NCBI RefSeq assembly: GCF_001457595.1
Contig: NZ_LN831039.1
Location: 4,020,001-4,052,000, forward strand
Reading direction: 5' to 3'
Length of the DNA stretch: 32,000 bases
Source: Mycolicibacterium smegmatis
Lineage (GTDB): Bacteria > Actinomycetota > Actinomycetes > Mycobacteriales > Mycobacteriaceae
Shown: positions 9,695 to 19,661 of the stretch, piece after piece
Numbering within the stretch: position 1 is the first letter of the stretch
Layout of the letters: every line of letters begins with the position of its first letter
Program-made: the position numbers and the translations under genes
The notes under the pieces: model-generated
Told to the model about the DNA's origin: nothing
The model's database searches: none
The model's input: the letters and a program-made list of their open reading frames with translations, nothing else

Positions 9695-9729
9695 AGCAGC
9701 GATTATCACCTGCGCTAGCGTGGACCCCG

Positions 9730-10149
9730 ATGGCTGCATCACGTGGCAAAGCGACCACCCGGCTCACCACCGACGCGCTGGCGTTCCTCACCGAACGTCA
9801 TCTCGCGATGCTGACCACGCTGCGCTCGGACGGCTCGCCGCACGTCGTGGCCGTCGGATTCACGTTCGACCCCAAGACCCACATCGCCCGCGTCATCACC
9901 ACGGGCGGGTCGCAGAAGGCCGTCAACGCCCAGGAGCGCGGCGTTGCGGTGCTCAGCCAGGTCGACGGCGCGCGCTGGCTGTCACTGGAGGGCAAATCCA
10001 CCGTGAGCTCGGATCCGGACGCGGTCCGCGACGCCGAGCTGCGGTACGCGCAGCGTTACCGCACGCCGCGGGTCAACCCGCGGCGCGTGGTGATCGAGGT
10101 GCGGATCGAGCGCGTTCTGGGGTCCTCGGAGCTGCTGGACCGCAGCTGA
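9730..10149 (+). CDS. PPOX-class (split beta-barrel) F420-dependent enzyme, Rv2074-like (the F420H2-dependent biliverdin reductase family)
   Basis: The 139-aa product contains [31 protein letters not shown], typical of the PPOX/F420 fold. It is divergent from the SDR, as are Rv2073c and Rv2074. Confidence 0.75.
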   Translation: MAASRGKATTRLTTDALAFLTERHLAMLTTLRSDGSPHVVAVGFTFDPKTHIARVITTGGSQKAVNAQERGVAVLSQVDGARWLSLEGKSTVSSDPDAVRDAELRYAQRYRTPRVNPRRVVIEVRIERVLGSSELLDRS

Positions 10150-11277
10150 TCACCGCACCGGCACCACGACGAGGTCGTGCGGCTGGTTGTTGACCGACTG
10201 CGCGCCGTCCTCGGTGACGATCACGATGTCCTCGATGCGCGCACCCCACTGGCCCGGGAAGTACACGCCGGGCTCGACGCTGAACGCCATGCCCCGCTCC
10301 AGCGGCAGGTTGTTGCCGGCCACGATGTAGGGCTCCTCGTGCACCGACAGGCCGATGCCGTGCCCGGTGCGGTGCACGAACGCCTCGGCGAGACCTTCTG
10401 CGGCCAGCACGTCACGCGCAGCGGCGTCGACCTGCTCGGCCGTCACACCCGGGCGCACGGCGGCGACCGCGGCCTGCTGGGCCTGCTGCAGCAGCGCGTA
10501 GCGGCGCGCCACCTCGGGGTCGGGTTCGCCGATGCTGTAGGTGCGGGTGCAGTCCGAGTTGTACCCGGGTTCGTACGGCCCGCCGATGTCGACCACCACG
10601 ATGTCGCCTACCCGCAGTTCACGGTCGGAGCATTCGTGGTGCGGGTCGGCGCCGTTGGGGCCGGAGCCGACGATGATGAACGCGGCCTCCGAATGCCCTT
10701 CGGCGACAATCGCTTCGGCGATGTCGGCGGCGACGTCGGCTTCCGTGCGGCCCGGGACCAGGAACTCCGGGACGCGTGCGTGCACGCGGTCGATCGCGGC
10801 GCCTGCCTTGCGCAGCGCGTCGATCTCGGCGTCGTCCTTGATCATCCGCAGCCGTCGCAGCACGTCGGTGGCCAGCACCGGCACCACGCCGAGCAGGTCG
10901 GCCAGCGGCAGCAGGTGCAGGGCGGGCATGGCATCCGTGACGGCGGCGTTGCGGCCGGGGCCGCCGAGCGCCTCGACCACCATCGCGTACGGATTCTCGC
11001 CGTCCACCCAATCCCGCACGGCCACACCCAGATCGGTGACAGCCGACTCTTTGAGGGAGGCCAGTTCCAGGCGCGGCACCACGATGGTGGGGTCGCCGTC
11101 GGCAGGCAGGACCAGTGCGGTCAGCCGCTCGAAGGTCTGGGCCCGAGAGCCCACCAGATAGCGCAGGTCATAGCCGGGGGTGATGACCAGCCCGGCGAGC
11201 CCCGCATCGCCCGCGGCCTGCGCGGCGGTCTGCAGGCGCTGGGCGTAGACGTCGGTGCTGAATCGGCTGATGGTCAT
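10150..11277 (-). CDS. pepE: M24-family Xaa-Pro dipeptidase (PepE-like)
   Basis: The metal-ligand motifs of the pita-bread fold are present: DIVVVDIGG, HRTGHGIGLSVHEEP and FSVEPG...RIED. Confidence 0.85.
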   Translation of the reverse strand: MTISRFSTDVYAQRLQTAAQAAGDAGLAGLVITPGYDLRYLVGSRAQTFERLTALVLPADGDPTIVVPRLELASLKESAVTDLGVAVRDWVDGENPYAMVVEALGGPGRNAAVTDAMPALHLLPLADLLGVVPVLATDVLRRLRMIKDDAEIDALRKAGAAIDRVHARVPEFLVPGRTEADVAADIAEAIVAEGHSEAAFIIVGSGPNGADPHHECSDRELRVGDIVVVDIGGPYEPGYNSDCTRTYSIGEPDPEVARRYALLQQAQQAAVAAVRPGVTAEQVDAAARDVLAAEGLAEAFVHRTGHGIGLSVHEEPYIVAGNNLPLERGMAFSVEPGVYFPGQWGARIEDIVIVTEDGAQSVNNQPHDLVVVPVR

Positions 11278-11287
11278 GACGTCGAGG

Positions 11288-11692
11288 CTAATCGGGCCGC
11301 TGATAGGTTGCGACCTCGACCAGATTGCCGTCGGGATCGCGGCAATAGTGCGAGGTCATGGGCCCCAGCGCGCCGGTCTTGGGCACCGGGCCCTCGGTGA
11401 TCTCGACGCCGCAGACCCGCAGGTGTGCGCCGACGTCCTCCGCGCTGCACTCGGCGATGAAACACAGGTCGAGTGATCCGGGGGCGTCGACGACCCCGGT
11501 GGGCCAGTTGGGCGCGCCGGTGGGCCGCACGTTGATCTTCTGGTCGGCATCACCGGGGAATCGCAGCGCGATGCGGCCGTCGCCGAAGATCTCCTCGGTC
11601 ATGCCCAGCACGCGGACGTAGAAATCAACGGTGGCCTCGACGTCGCGACAGTTCAGCACGACATGGTCGATGCGGTTGACGGCGAAGGTCAT
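11288..11692 (-). CDS. VOC / glyoxalase-bleomycin-resistance-family protein
   Basis: The 134-aa product has RIDHVVLNCRDVEATVDFYVRVLGM and a C-terminal DPDGNLVEV motif. Confidence 0.8.
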   Translation of the reverse strand: MTFAVNRIDHVVLNCRDVEATVDFYVRVLGMTEEIFGDGRIALRFPGDADQKINVRPTGAPNWPTGVVDAPGSLDLCFIAECSAEDVGAHLRVCGVEITEGPVPKTGALGPMTSHYCRDPDGNLVEVATYQRPD

Positions 11693-11727
11693 GATTCACG
11701 ATACGTGGGACCGCGACTGTCCCTGCC

Positions 11728-12744
11728 GTGGTGTGTGACATCGACGTCGAGGTAGCCTCACCGGATGCGCTGCCGGAGGTTCGATTGACCGCCCCGATCC
11801 TGCTGCTCGACGGTGCCAGCATGTGGTTCCGTTCGTATTTCGGTGTGCCCTCGTCGATCAAGGCGCCCGACGGCCGGCCCGTCAACGCCGTGCGCGGGTT
11901 CCTCGACGCGATCTCCACACTGGTGACGCGCGAGAAGCCGCGCCGGCTGGTGGTGTGCCGCGACGACGACTGGCGCCCGCAGTGGCGCGTGGATCTGATC
12001 CCGTCGTACAAGGCGCACCGGGTCGCCGAACCGGAGCCCGACGGCGTGCCGGACATCGAGGAGGTTCCCGACGACCTCACGCCGCAGGTCGACATGATCC
12101 TGGAACTGCTTGACGCGTTCGGCATTCCGACCGCGGGCGCGGCGGGTTTCGAGGCCGACGACGTGCTGGGCACGCTCTCGGCCCGCGAGGAACGCGATCC
12201 GGTGGTGGTGGTCAGCGGGGACCGTGACCTGCTTCAGCTCGTGCGTGACGAGCCGGCGCCGCAGGTGCGCGTGCTCTATCTGGGCCGCGGGCTGGCGAAG
12301 GCCACCAAGTGGGGTCCGGCCGAAGTGGCTGAGCAGTACGGGGTTCCGCTCGATCGGGCCGGCACAGCGTATGCCGAACTGGCGCTGCTGCGCGGTGACC
12401 CGTCCGACGGACTGCCCGGGGTGGCCGGGATCGGAGAGAAGACCGCAGCGTCCCTGCTGGCCAAGCACGGCTCGCTGCAGAACATCCTGGACGCGGCGCA
12501 CGACCCGAAATCGGGTCTGTCCAAGGCACATCGCACCAAGCTGCTCGGCGCCGTCGACTACATCGCGGCGGCCGAGACCGTGGTGCGGGTGGCAACCGAT
12601 GCGCCCGTGACGTTTTCGACGCCGACGGACACCCTGCCGCTGGCCGCCGGCGACCCGGCACGGGTCGCCGAACTGGCCGCGGCGTACGGGGTGTCCTCGT
12701 CGATCAGCCGGTTGCAGACCGCACTGGACCAGCTGCCCGACTGA
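11728..12744 (+). CDS. 5'-3' exonuclease / flap endonuclease (Rv2090-like)
   Basis: PIN-like and H3TH motifs are present: [32 protein letters not shown] and [12 protein letters not shown]. The start codon is uncertain. Confidence 0.85.
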   Translation: MVCDIDVEVASPDALPEVRLTAPILLLDGASMWFRSYFGVPSSIKAPDGRPVNAVRGFLDAISTLVTREKPRRLVVCRDDDWRPQWRVDLIPSYKAHRVAEPEPDGVPDIEEVPDDLTPQVDMILELLDAFGIPTAGAAGFEADDVLGTLSAREERDPVVVVSGDRDLLQLVRDEPAPQVRVLYLGRGLAKATKWGPAEVAEQYGVPLDRAGTAYAELALLRGDPSDGLPGVAGIGEKTAASLLAKHGSLQNILDAAHDPKSGLSKAHRTKLLGAVDYIAAAETVVRVATDAPVTFSTPTDTLPLAAGDPARVAELAAAYGVSSSISRLQTALDQLPD

Positions 12745-12750
12745 TCCGGT

Positions 12751-13581
12751 CTACTTCGGCCGGCCGACCTCGTAGGTGCCGTCGTCGTTCTGGAACGTCA
12801 CGGTGACCTGACGCTTGGTGCCGTCGATGCTCACCTCGCAGGTGAAGGTGTCGCCCTTCTTCACCACGGGGTTCTTGCCGCCGTTGCACTTGACGTCCTT
12901 GACGTTCTTGGCGCCGTAGCCGTTGGTCTCGTCGGTGAGGATCTGCTGAACCCCGGTCTGGGCCTTGTCGATATCGAGTTCGGTGGTCACGGCCCATCCG
13001 GGAACCCAGAAGAACAGGACCGCGAGCACGATGAGCACCAGTGCGGCGGCACCGAGGCCACCGAAGAGCAGCAGCGACTTCTTGGACCCGTCAGCGCTTC
13101 CCGGTGGAGTGTAGGGCCCGAACTGACCGGGCTGACCGTACTGACCGGGCTGGCCGGGCTGGCCGGGCTGGCCGTACTGCCCCGGCTGGCCGTACTGCGG
13201 TTGCTGACCGTACTGACCGGGCTGCGGGTACTGGCCCGGCTGACCGTACTGACCCGGCTGGCCCGGCTGGCCGTACTGCCCCGGCTGGCCGTACTGCGGT
13301 TGCTGACCGTACGGCGGCTGCTGGCCGAACTGCTCGGGCGACGGGTAACCCTGTTGCGGCTGACCGTAACCGGGCTGAGCCGGAGGCTGGTACTGCGGAT
13401 ACTGCGGCTGCGGCTGCTGCGTGTAGGCCGGCGGCTGCCACGCCGGATTGTGGGTGGTGGGCTCCTCGGTACCGCCGGTCGGCGGCTGCCACGCCTCGCC
13501 GCCCGCCGGCTGATCCCGGCCGGGCTCGGGTTGCTGACCGGGCCACGGCTGCGCTGGGTCAGATCCCTGCGGTCCGCTCAC
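12751..13581 (-). CDS. Pro/Gln/Tyr/Gly-rich repeat protein with one TM helix and a C-terminal globular domain (Rv2091c-like)
   Basis: The start is taken as the GTG at 13581, preceded by AAGGAG and a 5-nt spacer; the alternative is the GTG at 13623. The product has YGQPGQ-type repeats, then [24 protein letters not shown], then a small Cys-containing domain. Confidence 0.75.
   Translation of the reverse strand: MSGPQGSDPAQPWPGQQPEPGRDQPAGGEAWQPPTGGTEEPTTHNPAWQPPAYTQQPQPQYPQYQPPAQPGYGQPQQGYPSPEQFGQQPPYGQQPQYGQPGQYGQPGQPGQYGQPGQYPQPGQYGQQPQYGQPGQYGQPGQPGQPGQYGQPGQFGPYTPPGSADGSKKSLLLFGGLGAAALVLIVLAVLFFWVPGWAVTTELDIDKAQTGVQQILTDETNGYGAKNVKDVKCNGGKNPVVKKGDTFTCEVSIDGTKRQVTVTFQNDDGTYEVGRPK
13132..13312. 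repeat. Imperfect tandem duplication of about 100 bp, built from 9- and 15-nt subunits, inside the P/Q-rich gene
   Basis: An identical 46-nt block, ctggccgtactgccccggctggccgtactgcggttgctgaccgtac, occurs at 13168-13213 and again at 13267-13312 (offset 99 nt). The first copy carries one extra 9-nt unit upstream. Confidence 0.9.
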
Positions 13582-13622
13582 TTTTTCTCCTTGGTCCTGT
13601 TCGCTGTCACCGTTGCCACACA

Positions 13623-16367
13623 CTACCCCGCATCAACAGCGACGACGCCGCGCCGGACGTCGTTGATCGCGCGTTTCGCGGTATTGCGCAGCGCCGGGGT
13701 GGGGGCCGCGTTGCGCACCTGGTCGAGCAGATCGAGCACCTGACGGCACCACCGCACGAAATCCCCTGCCGACAGCGGAGAACCGGTCCCGGTGATGTCG
13801 GACGCGGCGAGGGCCGACGCGAGATCGCCCGTGGTGGCCCAGCGGTACACCGCCGTCACGAACCCCTCGTCGGGTTCACGGCCGGGCGCGATGCGGTGCC
13901 GCTGCTCGTCGCTGCGCAGCGCGGCCGACAGCCGCCGGGTGCGTACCAGCGCCTGCCGCAGCCCCGCGGTGGGCACGTCCGTTCCTGCCGGGACACCCTG
14001 CGCGTCGCCGCGGGACTCGTACAGCACGGCCGAGAGTACACCCGCGAGTTCGGCGGGTTCCAGCCCGTCCCACGCCCCGGCCCGCAGGCATTCGGCCACC
14101 AGCAGGTCGCTTTCGCTGTAGATGCGCGCCAGCAACCGGCCCGCGTCGGTGACCCGCGGTTGGCCCGCATGGTCCCCGTCGCCGGCCTCGATGTAGCCGC
14201 GTTCGCTGAGCAGCGCCACGATGCGGTCGAACGTGCGGGCCAGCGAGTTGGTCGCCGCGTTGACCTTCTGCTGGATCTGGAGGTTGTCGCGTTCGATCCG
14301 CAGATAGCGTTCGGCGATACGCACCTGCTCCTCGCGGTCGGGCAGTTTGTGGACCGGATGGCTGCGCAGACGCTCACGCAGACCGGCCAGTTCCGGATCG
14401 ACGTCACGTTCGGGTGCACCGCGGTTCGACCGGCGCGACGGCACCAGGCCCGCGGCCGCCGACCGCAACGCCGACGCCAGATCCTTGCGCACCCGGGGCT
14501 GGCGGTGCTCGACGCGTTTCGGCAGTGACATCGAGCCCAGCGGCGCCGACGCGCCCGAATAGTCGGCCGACGAGATCCGGCCCGCCCATTTGTGTTCGGT
14601 GAGCACCAGCGGCCTGGGGTCGTCGCGGTCCTGCGCGGCCTCCAGGACGACAGCGAGCCCACCCCGGCGCCCGTGCGTGATGGTGATGATGTCGCCCTTG
14701 CGCAGATCCGCCAGCGCGTCGGTCGCCGCCCTGCGCCGCTGCAGCCGCGACGCCCGCGACTGCGCGCGTTCGCGCTCGCCGATCTTGGCGCGCAGACGTG
14801 CGTAATCGATGACCGCCGAGTCCTTTCCGCCGATCTCGGCGGCCAGTTCGCCGAGCATGCGCTCGCCGCGGCGGATACCCCGCACCAGACCGACCACCGA
14901 ACGGTCGGCCTGGTACTGCGCGAACGAGCGCTCCAGGAGTTCGTGCGCCTGCTGCGGTCCCATGTGCTGCACCAGGTTGATCGTCATGTTGTACGACGGC
15001 GCGAACGAACTGCGCAGTGGGAACGTGCGGGTGGACGCCAACCCCGCGACCTCGGCGGGTTCGGCCGTGCTGTCGTCGGGACGCCACAGCACGACGGCGT
15101 GGCCCTCCACGTCGATACCGCGGCGCCCGGCCCGCCCGGTCAACTGCGTGTACTCCCCCGGCGTCAACGGCAGATGCTGCTCGCCGTTGAACTTCACCAG
15201 GCGCTCCAGCACGACGGTCCGTGCGGGCATGTTGATCCCGAGCGCCAGTGTCTCGGTGGCGAAGACCGCCTTGACCAGCCCGGCGGTGAACAGTTCCTCG
15301 ACGGTGTGGCGGAACGTCGGCAGCATGCCGGCGTGGTGGGCGGCCAGGCCGCGCAGCAGTCCCTCACGCCACTCGTGGTAGTCGAGCACGATCAGGTCGG
15401 ACTCGTTGAGATCGGAGCAGCGGCGGTCCACGATCTCGGCGATGCGGGCGCGCTCCTCTCTGGTGGTCAGCCGCAACGACGACCGAAGGCACTGCTTGAC
15501 CGCGGCGTCGCATCCGGCGCGCGAGAACACGAACGTGATGGCAGGCAGCAGACCCGCGTCGTCGAGCGCGGTGATCACCTCGGGGCGGCCCGGCGGCCGG
15601 TAGAACTGGGGCCTGCCGCCGCGCCCGCGACCGCGTGGCTGCCAGTCCATCAGCCGGTCGGCCTCGCGGCGATGACTGATGTGGCGCAACAACTCTGGGT
15701 CGACGAGCGTCGACGACGAACGTTCGAACAGGTCGAACAGGCGCTTGCCGACCATCATGTGCTGCGACAGCGGCACCGGCCGGTGTTCGTCCACCACCAC
15801 CGTGGTGTCGCCGCGCACCGTCTGGATCCAGCCGCCGAACTCCTCGGCATTGCTCACCGTGGCCGACAGGCTCACCAGCAGCACCTCGTCGGGCAGGTGC
15901 AGGATGACCTCTTCCCACACCGCCCCGCGCATGCGGTCGGCCAGGAAGTGCACCTCGTCCATCACCACGTAGGAAAGCCCATGCAGTGCCTGCGAGTTGG
16001 CGTACAGCATGTTGCGCAGCACCTCGGTGGTCATCACCACCACGTCGGCATCGCCGTTGATGGACTGGTCGCCCGTGAGCAGCCCGATCTTCTCGGCGCC
16101 GTACCGGGCCACCAGATCGTTGTGTTTCTGGTTGCTCAGCGCCTTGATCGGGGTGGTGTAGAAGCATTTGCCACCCGATGCGAGCGCGAGGTGCACAGCG
16201 AACTCGCCGACGATGGTCTTGCCCGCGCCGGTCGGCGCGCAGACCAGCACGCCGTGGCCGTTCTCCAACGCCTGGCAGGCACGCACCTGGAAGTCGTCGA
16301 GGGTGAACGGCAGCTGCGCGGTGAACGCGGTCAGCTGATCAGGGCGGCCCTCAGGTGGCATCTTCAT
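13623..16367 (-). CDS. helY: Ski2-like DEAD/DEAH-box RNA helicase HelY
   Basis: It has the Walker A motif CAPTGAGKT, the DEVH box (VMDEVHFL), the SAT motif, and a long Ski2/DSHCT-like C-terminal region. Its start overlaps the tatC 3' end. Confidence 0.9.
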   Translation of the reverse strand: MKMPPEGRPDQLTAFTAQLPFTLDDFQVRACQALENGHGVLVCAPTGAGKTIVGEFAVHLALASGGKCFYTTPIKALSNQKHNDLVARYGAEKIGLLTGDQSINGDADVVVMTTEVLRNMLYANSQALHGLSYVVMDEVHFLADRMRGAVWEEVILHLPDEVLLVSLSATVSNAEEFGGWIQTVRGDTTVVVDEHRPVPLSQHMMVGKRLFDLFERSSSTLVDPELLRHISHRREADRLMDWQPRGRGRGGRPQFYRPPGRPEVITALDDAGLLPAITFVFSRAGCDAAVKQCLRSSLRLTTREERARIAEIVDRRCSDLNESDLIVLDYHEWREGLLRGLAAHHAGMLPTFRHTVEELFTAGLVKAVFATETLALGINMPARTVVLERLVKFNGEQHLPLTPGEYTQLTGRAGRRGIDVEGHAVVLWRPDDSTAEPAEVAGLASTRTFPLRSSFAPSYNMTINLVQHMGPQQAHELLERSFAQYQADRSVVGLVRGIRRGERMLGELAAEIGGKDSAVIDYARLRAKIGERERAQSRASRLQRRRAATDALADLRKGDIITITHGRRGGLAVVLEAAQDRDDPRPLVLTEHKWAGRISSADYSGASAPLGSMSLPKRVEHRQPRVRKDLASALRSAAAGLVPSRRSNRGAPERDVDPELAGLRERLRSHPVHKLPDREEQVRIAERYLRIERDNLQIQQKVNAATNSLARTFDRIVALLSERGYIEAGDGDHAGQPRVTDAGRLLARIYSESDLLVAECLRAGAWDGLEPAELAGVLSAVLYESRGDAQGVPAGTDVPTAGLRQALVRTRRLSAALRSDEQRHRIAPGREPDEGFVTAVYRWATTGDLASALAASDITGTGSPLSAGDFVRWCRQVLDLLDQVRNAAPTPALRNTAKRAINDVRRGVVAVDAG

Positions 16368-17304
16368 CGACCGTGGCGCGCCCCGCCGTCGTACCGGACA
16401 CCGGGGCCGGCGGCTCGATCGGTTCCACCGAGCCGATGTCGGCGGCCTCGTCCTCGGGCACCTCCATGGCCGCGCGGCGGGCCTTCCTGCGGTCGTTGAG
16501 CCGCGCGATCTGGATCGCGAACTCCAGCAGCACCGTCAGCGCGCACGCCAGCGCGAGCATCGAGAACGGATCGGAGCCGGGCGTGGCGAACGCCGCGAAC
16601 ACGAACAAGCCGAAGATCAGCCCACGCCGCCAGGCTGAGAGCCGTTCGTAGGTCAGGATGCCGACCAGGTTGAGCATGATGATCAGCAGCGGGAATTCGA
16701 AGCTGATCCCGAACACCAGCAGCAGGTTGATCAGGAACCCGAAGTACTGGTCGCCCGACAGCGCGGTGACCTGCACGTCGCTGCCGACGGTCAGCAGGAA
16801 GCTCAACGCCTTCGACAGCACCACGTAGGCCAGCACCGCACCGGAGATGAACAGCATCGCGCCGAAGCTCACGAACGCCATCGCGAAGCGGCGTTCCTTC
16901 TTGTAGAGGCCGGGCGTGATGAACGCCCACAGCTGGTACAGCCACACCGGGCACGCGAGCACCACACCGGCCGCGAGCGCGACCTTCAACCGCAGCATGA
17001 ACTGGTCGAACGGCGCGGTGGCGAGCAGGCGGCACTCACCGTCGGGGGCGATGCTCGCGCGCGCGGAGTCGGGCAGCGAGCAGTAGGGGCCGCGCAACCA
17101 CTCGCCGAGGCTGTGGAAGCCGAAGACTCCGTGGGTGTACCAGATGAATCCGATGATCGTGGTCAGCACGACGGCCGCGACCGAGATCAGCAGGCGGTTG
17201 CGAAGCTCGTGGAGGTGGTCGACCAGCGACATGGTGCCGTCGGGATTGACCCGTGAACGGCGGCGCCGGGGATCGAGCTTCTTGAAGATGCCGGGGGTCT
17301 GCAC
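16351..17304 (-). CDS. tatC: Twin-arginine translocase subunit TatC
   Basis: The polytopic product contains [32 protein letters not shown] and [11 protein letters not shown]. It starts with GTG at 17304. Confidence 0.95.
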   Translation of the reverse strand: MQTPGIFKKLDPRRRRSRVNPDGTMSLVDHLHELRNRLLISVAAVVLTTIIGFIWYTHGVFGFHSLGEWLRGPYCSLPDSARASIAPDGECRLLATAPFDQFMLRLKVALAAGVVLACPVWLYQLWAFITPGLYKKERRFAMAFVSFGAMLFISGAVLAYVVLSKALSFLLTVGSDVQVTALSGDQYFGFLINLLLVFGISFEFPLLIIMLNLVGILTYERLSAWRRGLIFGLFVFAAFATPGSDPFSMLALACALTVLLEFAIQIARLNDRRKARRAAMEVPEDEAADIGSVEPIEPPAPVSGTTAGRATVDEDAT

Positions 17305-17336
17305 AGGCTTGGTGTGAAAGGCGTGAGCGAGCCGCT

Positions 17337-17367
17337 ATCCGCCCGCGCGGATCACCGCGGGGCGGAT
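17337..17367 (-). promoter_or_regulatory. GC-rich hairpin in the tatA-tatC spacer
   Basis: ATCCGCCCGCGCGG (17337-17350) pairs with CCGCGGGGCGGAT (17355-17367), with one bulge and a 4-nt loop. It lies 14 nt after the tatA stop and 32 nt before the tatC start. Confidence 0.4.
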
Positions 17368-17380
17368 TCGTCGGCCGCGA

Positions 17381-17626
17381 TCAGGCCGTGTGCCGGTCCG
17401 TGGACTGTTGCTCGGGTGCAGTCGTGTCGACGCGCTCGGAGGCAATCGGGGTGGCCGGCTTGGGCTCGTCCCCTTTGGACTCGGCTTGCATCTCCTTGAT
17501 CTCCGACTTGAAGATCCGCATCGACTTACCGAGCGAACGCGCGGCGTCCGGCAGCTTCTTCGCGCCGAACAGCAGTACGAACACTGCGATGACAATGACC
17601 CAGTGCCAGGGTTGTAGACCACCCAA
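17381..17626 (-). CDS. tatA: Twin-arginine translocase subunit TatA
   Basis: The TTG at 17626 is preceded by GGAGG and an 8-nt spacer. The product reads (M)[39 protein letters not shown] and is 81 aa. The rest of ORF 17381..17833 is an upstream extension into pafC. Confidence 0.9.
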   Translation of the reverse strand: MGGLQPWHWVIVIAVFVLLFGAKKLPDAARSLGKSMRIFKSEIKEMQAESKGDEPKPATPIASERVDTTAPEQQSTDRHTA

Positions 17627-17657
17627 TTTGGTTACCTCCAGAACGTCGGTGCTGAGT

Positions 17658-18653
17658 CTACCCGTGTGTGGCGGCTTCGTCGGCCCCGTCGGCTTCGTCA
17701 TACGCAACGGCATAGGCCTGCAACGCGGCTTCGGCGGCCTGCCGGACCCGGGTCGCCAGGGATTCGGGTGCCAGCACCTGCACTTCGGCGCCGAAACCGA
17801 GGATGAACCGCGCCATCCAGTCCTCCGACGCATACGTCATCGTCGCCTCACAGGATCCGTCCGGCCGCTCGGTGATGTCGCGCAGCGGGTAGTAGTCGAA
17901 CATCCACGCCGCGGCCGCGCCGATGAGAAGCGTGGCCGACGGCAGTGACGGGTCGGCATCGAACAACGACGTGTCGGGGCCTGCCGCCACCGCGGGCGGC
18001 GGCGGGGCCGCGGGATCGTCGAGCAGTTGGGCGTCGACGATGCGGTCGAAACGGAACAGTCGCACGGCCTCGGCGCTGCGGCACCACGCCTCCAGGTAGC
18101 TGTTGTCGCCCACGAGCACCACCCGGATCGGGTCGACGGTGCGGGTGGCCAGCGAATCGCGCGAGGCCGAGTAGTACTCCAGGGTCAGCGCCCGGTTCTC
18201 GCGCACGGCCGTGCGCACCGTCGCGGCCGCGCCGGGCTCGGCGGAGGTGTCCTCGGTGATGCCCTCGACGACGGCGCGCTGGCTGCCGACCGCGGATTCG
18301 ATCTTGGCGATCGCGCTGCGCGCCGCCTCGGGGTCGACCATGCCGGGCACGTCGACCAGCGCGCGCAGCGCCACGAGGATGCCGGTCGCCTCGGTCGAGG
18401 TCAGCCGCAGCGGATGATCCACGCCTGCGGAGAACGTCACCTCGATGGTGTCGCCGACGAAGTCGAAGTCGATGAGGTCGCCGGGGCTGTAGCCGGGCAG
18501 TCCGCACATCCACAGCTGGTCGAGGTCGGCGTCGAGTTGCTTGCCCGTCACGCCGAGGGCCGCAGCCGCCTCGGCGCGCGTGACCTTCGGGTTGGCCTGG
18601 AAGTACGGGACCATGTTCAACAGCCGCACCAGTCGCGTCGACACCTGACTCAT
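17658..18653 (-). CDS. pafC: PafC, WYL-domain transcriptional regulator subunit
   Basis: It has an N-terminal winged HTH ([12 protein letters not shown]) and a WYL-like region. Its ATGA overlap with the pafB stop and its position between pafB and tatA match Rv2095c. Confidence 0.85.
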   Translation of the reverse strand: MSQVSTRLVRLLNMVPYFQANPKVTRAEAAAALGVTGKQLDADLDQLWMCGLPGYSPGDLIDFDFVGDTIEVTFSAGVDHPLRLTSTEATGILVALRALVDVPGMVDPEAARSAIAKIESAVGSQRAVVEGITEDTSAEPGAAATVRTAVRENRALTLEYYSASRDSLATRTVDPIRVVLVGDNSYLEAWCRSAEAVRLFRFDRIVDAQLLDDPAAPPPPAVAAGPDTSLFDADPSLPSATLLIGAAAAWMFDYYPLRDITERPDGSCEATMTYASEDWMARFILGFGAEVQVLAPESLATRVRQAAEAALQAYAVAYDEADGADEAATHG

Positions 18654-19645
18654 CGTTCCCCTCCCGCGGCGTGTGCCCGCAGGCGCTCCACCACGTCATC
18701 GCGCAACGACGACGGTTCCAGCGCGACCGCGTCGCTGCCGTAGCTCGCGATCTCCCTGGCCAGCCGGTCCCACGTGCCGATGTCGACGGTGATCTCCTCC
18801 CCCGCGCGTCCGCCGATTGTCCGCGGTGTGCTGGTCACGGCCTGGCGTCGCAGCGCGGTCGCCCGGCCGCCGGCGATCCAGATCCGAGCCCGCTCACCCG
18901 TGGGCTGTTCGGCGACGGCGCGGCGCACGATGTCGCGCAGGTTGACGTCCTGGGGTTTCTGCACTGCCCCTGCCGGGCCGATCGGCCGGGCCGCGGCGCT
19001 GATGCGTGACAGCCGGAAGGTTCTGGTGTCGTTGCGGTCGCGGTCGTGGCCGACGAGGTACCAGCGGCCGCGATGGGTCACCACGCCCCACGGTTCGACC
19101 GTGCGGGTGGTGTAGTCGGCGCTGCGCGACGGCCGGTGCTCGAACTGCACGGCCCGTCCCTCGTCGATCGCCGACAGCAGGCTCTGCAGCACCTCCTCGG
19201 AGCCGCGAACCCCCGGCAGGGTCGCGGTCGAGGCGATCGCGACGCCCACCCCGTCGGCGTCCACGTCGACTCCCGCGGCGCGCAATTTCAGCACGGCGTT
19301 CTGTGTCGCGGTGACGAGTTCCGGGGACTGCCACAGCTGGGTCGCCACGGCCACCGCGGCCGCTTCGTCGGCCGTCAGCCCGATGGGCGGCAGCGCGTAG
19401 GAATCCCGGTTGATGCGGTAGCCCTCGGTGGAGTCCCACTTGGACACCCGGCCGGTTTCCAGCGGGATGCCGAGATCGCGCAACTCGTTCTTGTCCCGCT
19501 CGAACATCCGCGAGAACGCCTCGTCACTGGGGCTGTCGGCGTAGCCGGCAACCGTGGTGCGGATCTTCTCTGCGGGCAGGTAGGTCCTGGTGGACAACAA
19601 GGCGATGACAAGGTTCATCAACCGCTCGACTTTGGAGACCGCCAC
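18650..19645 (-). CDS. pafB: PafB, WYL-domain transcriptional regulator subunit
   Basis: It has an N-terminal winged HTH (VERLMNLVIALLSTRTYL) and the WYL motif in HRGRWYLVGHD. It lies 16 nt downstream of pafA. Confidence 0.85.
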   Translation of the reverse strand: MAVSKVERLMNLVIALLSTRTYLPAEKIRTTVAGYADSPSDEAFSRMFERDKNELRDLGIPLETGRVSKWDSTEGYRINRDSYALPPIGLTADEAAAVAVATQLWQSPELVTATQNAVLKLRAAGVDVDADGVGVAIASTATLPGVRGSEEVLQSLLSAIDEGRAVQFEHRPSRSADYTTRTVEPWGVVTHRGRWYLVGHDRDRNDTRTFRLSRISAAARPIGPAGAVQKPQDVNLRDIVRRAVAEQPTGERARIWIAGGRATALRRQAVTSTPRTIGGRAGEEITVDIGTWDRLAREIASYGSDAVALEPSSLRDDVVERLRAHAAGGER

Positions 19646-19661
19646 CGGGTCAGCTTAAGGC

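Noticed and set aside
13132-13312. Regularly spaced short repeats that could be mistaken for a CRISPR array.
   Set aside because: The units are 9-15 nt, contiguous without unique spacers, in frame inside a coding region (YGQPGQ repeats), and no cas genes are present.
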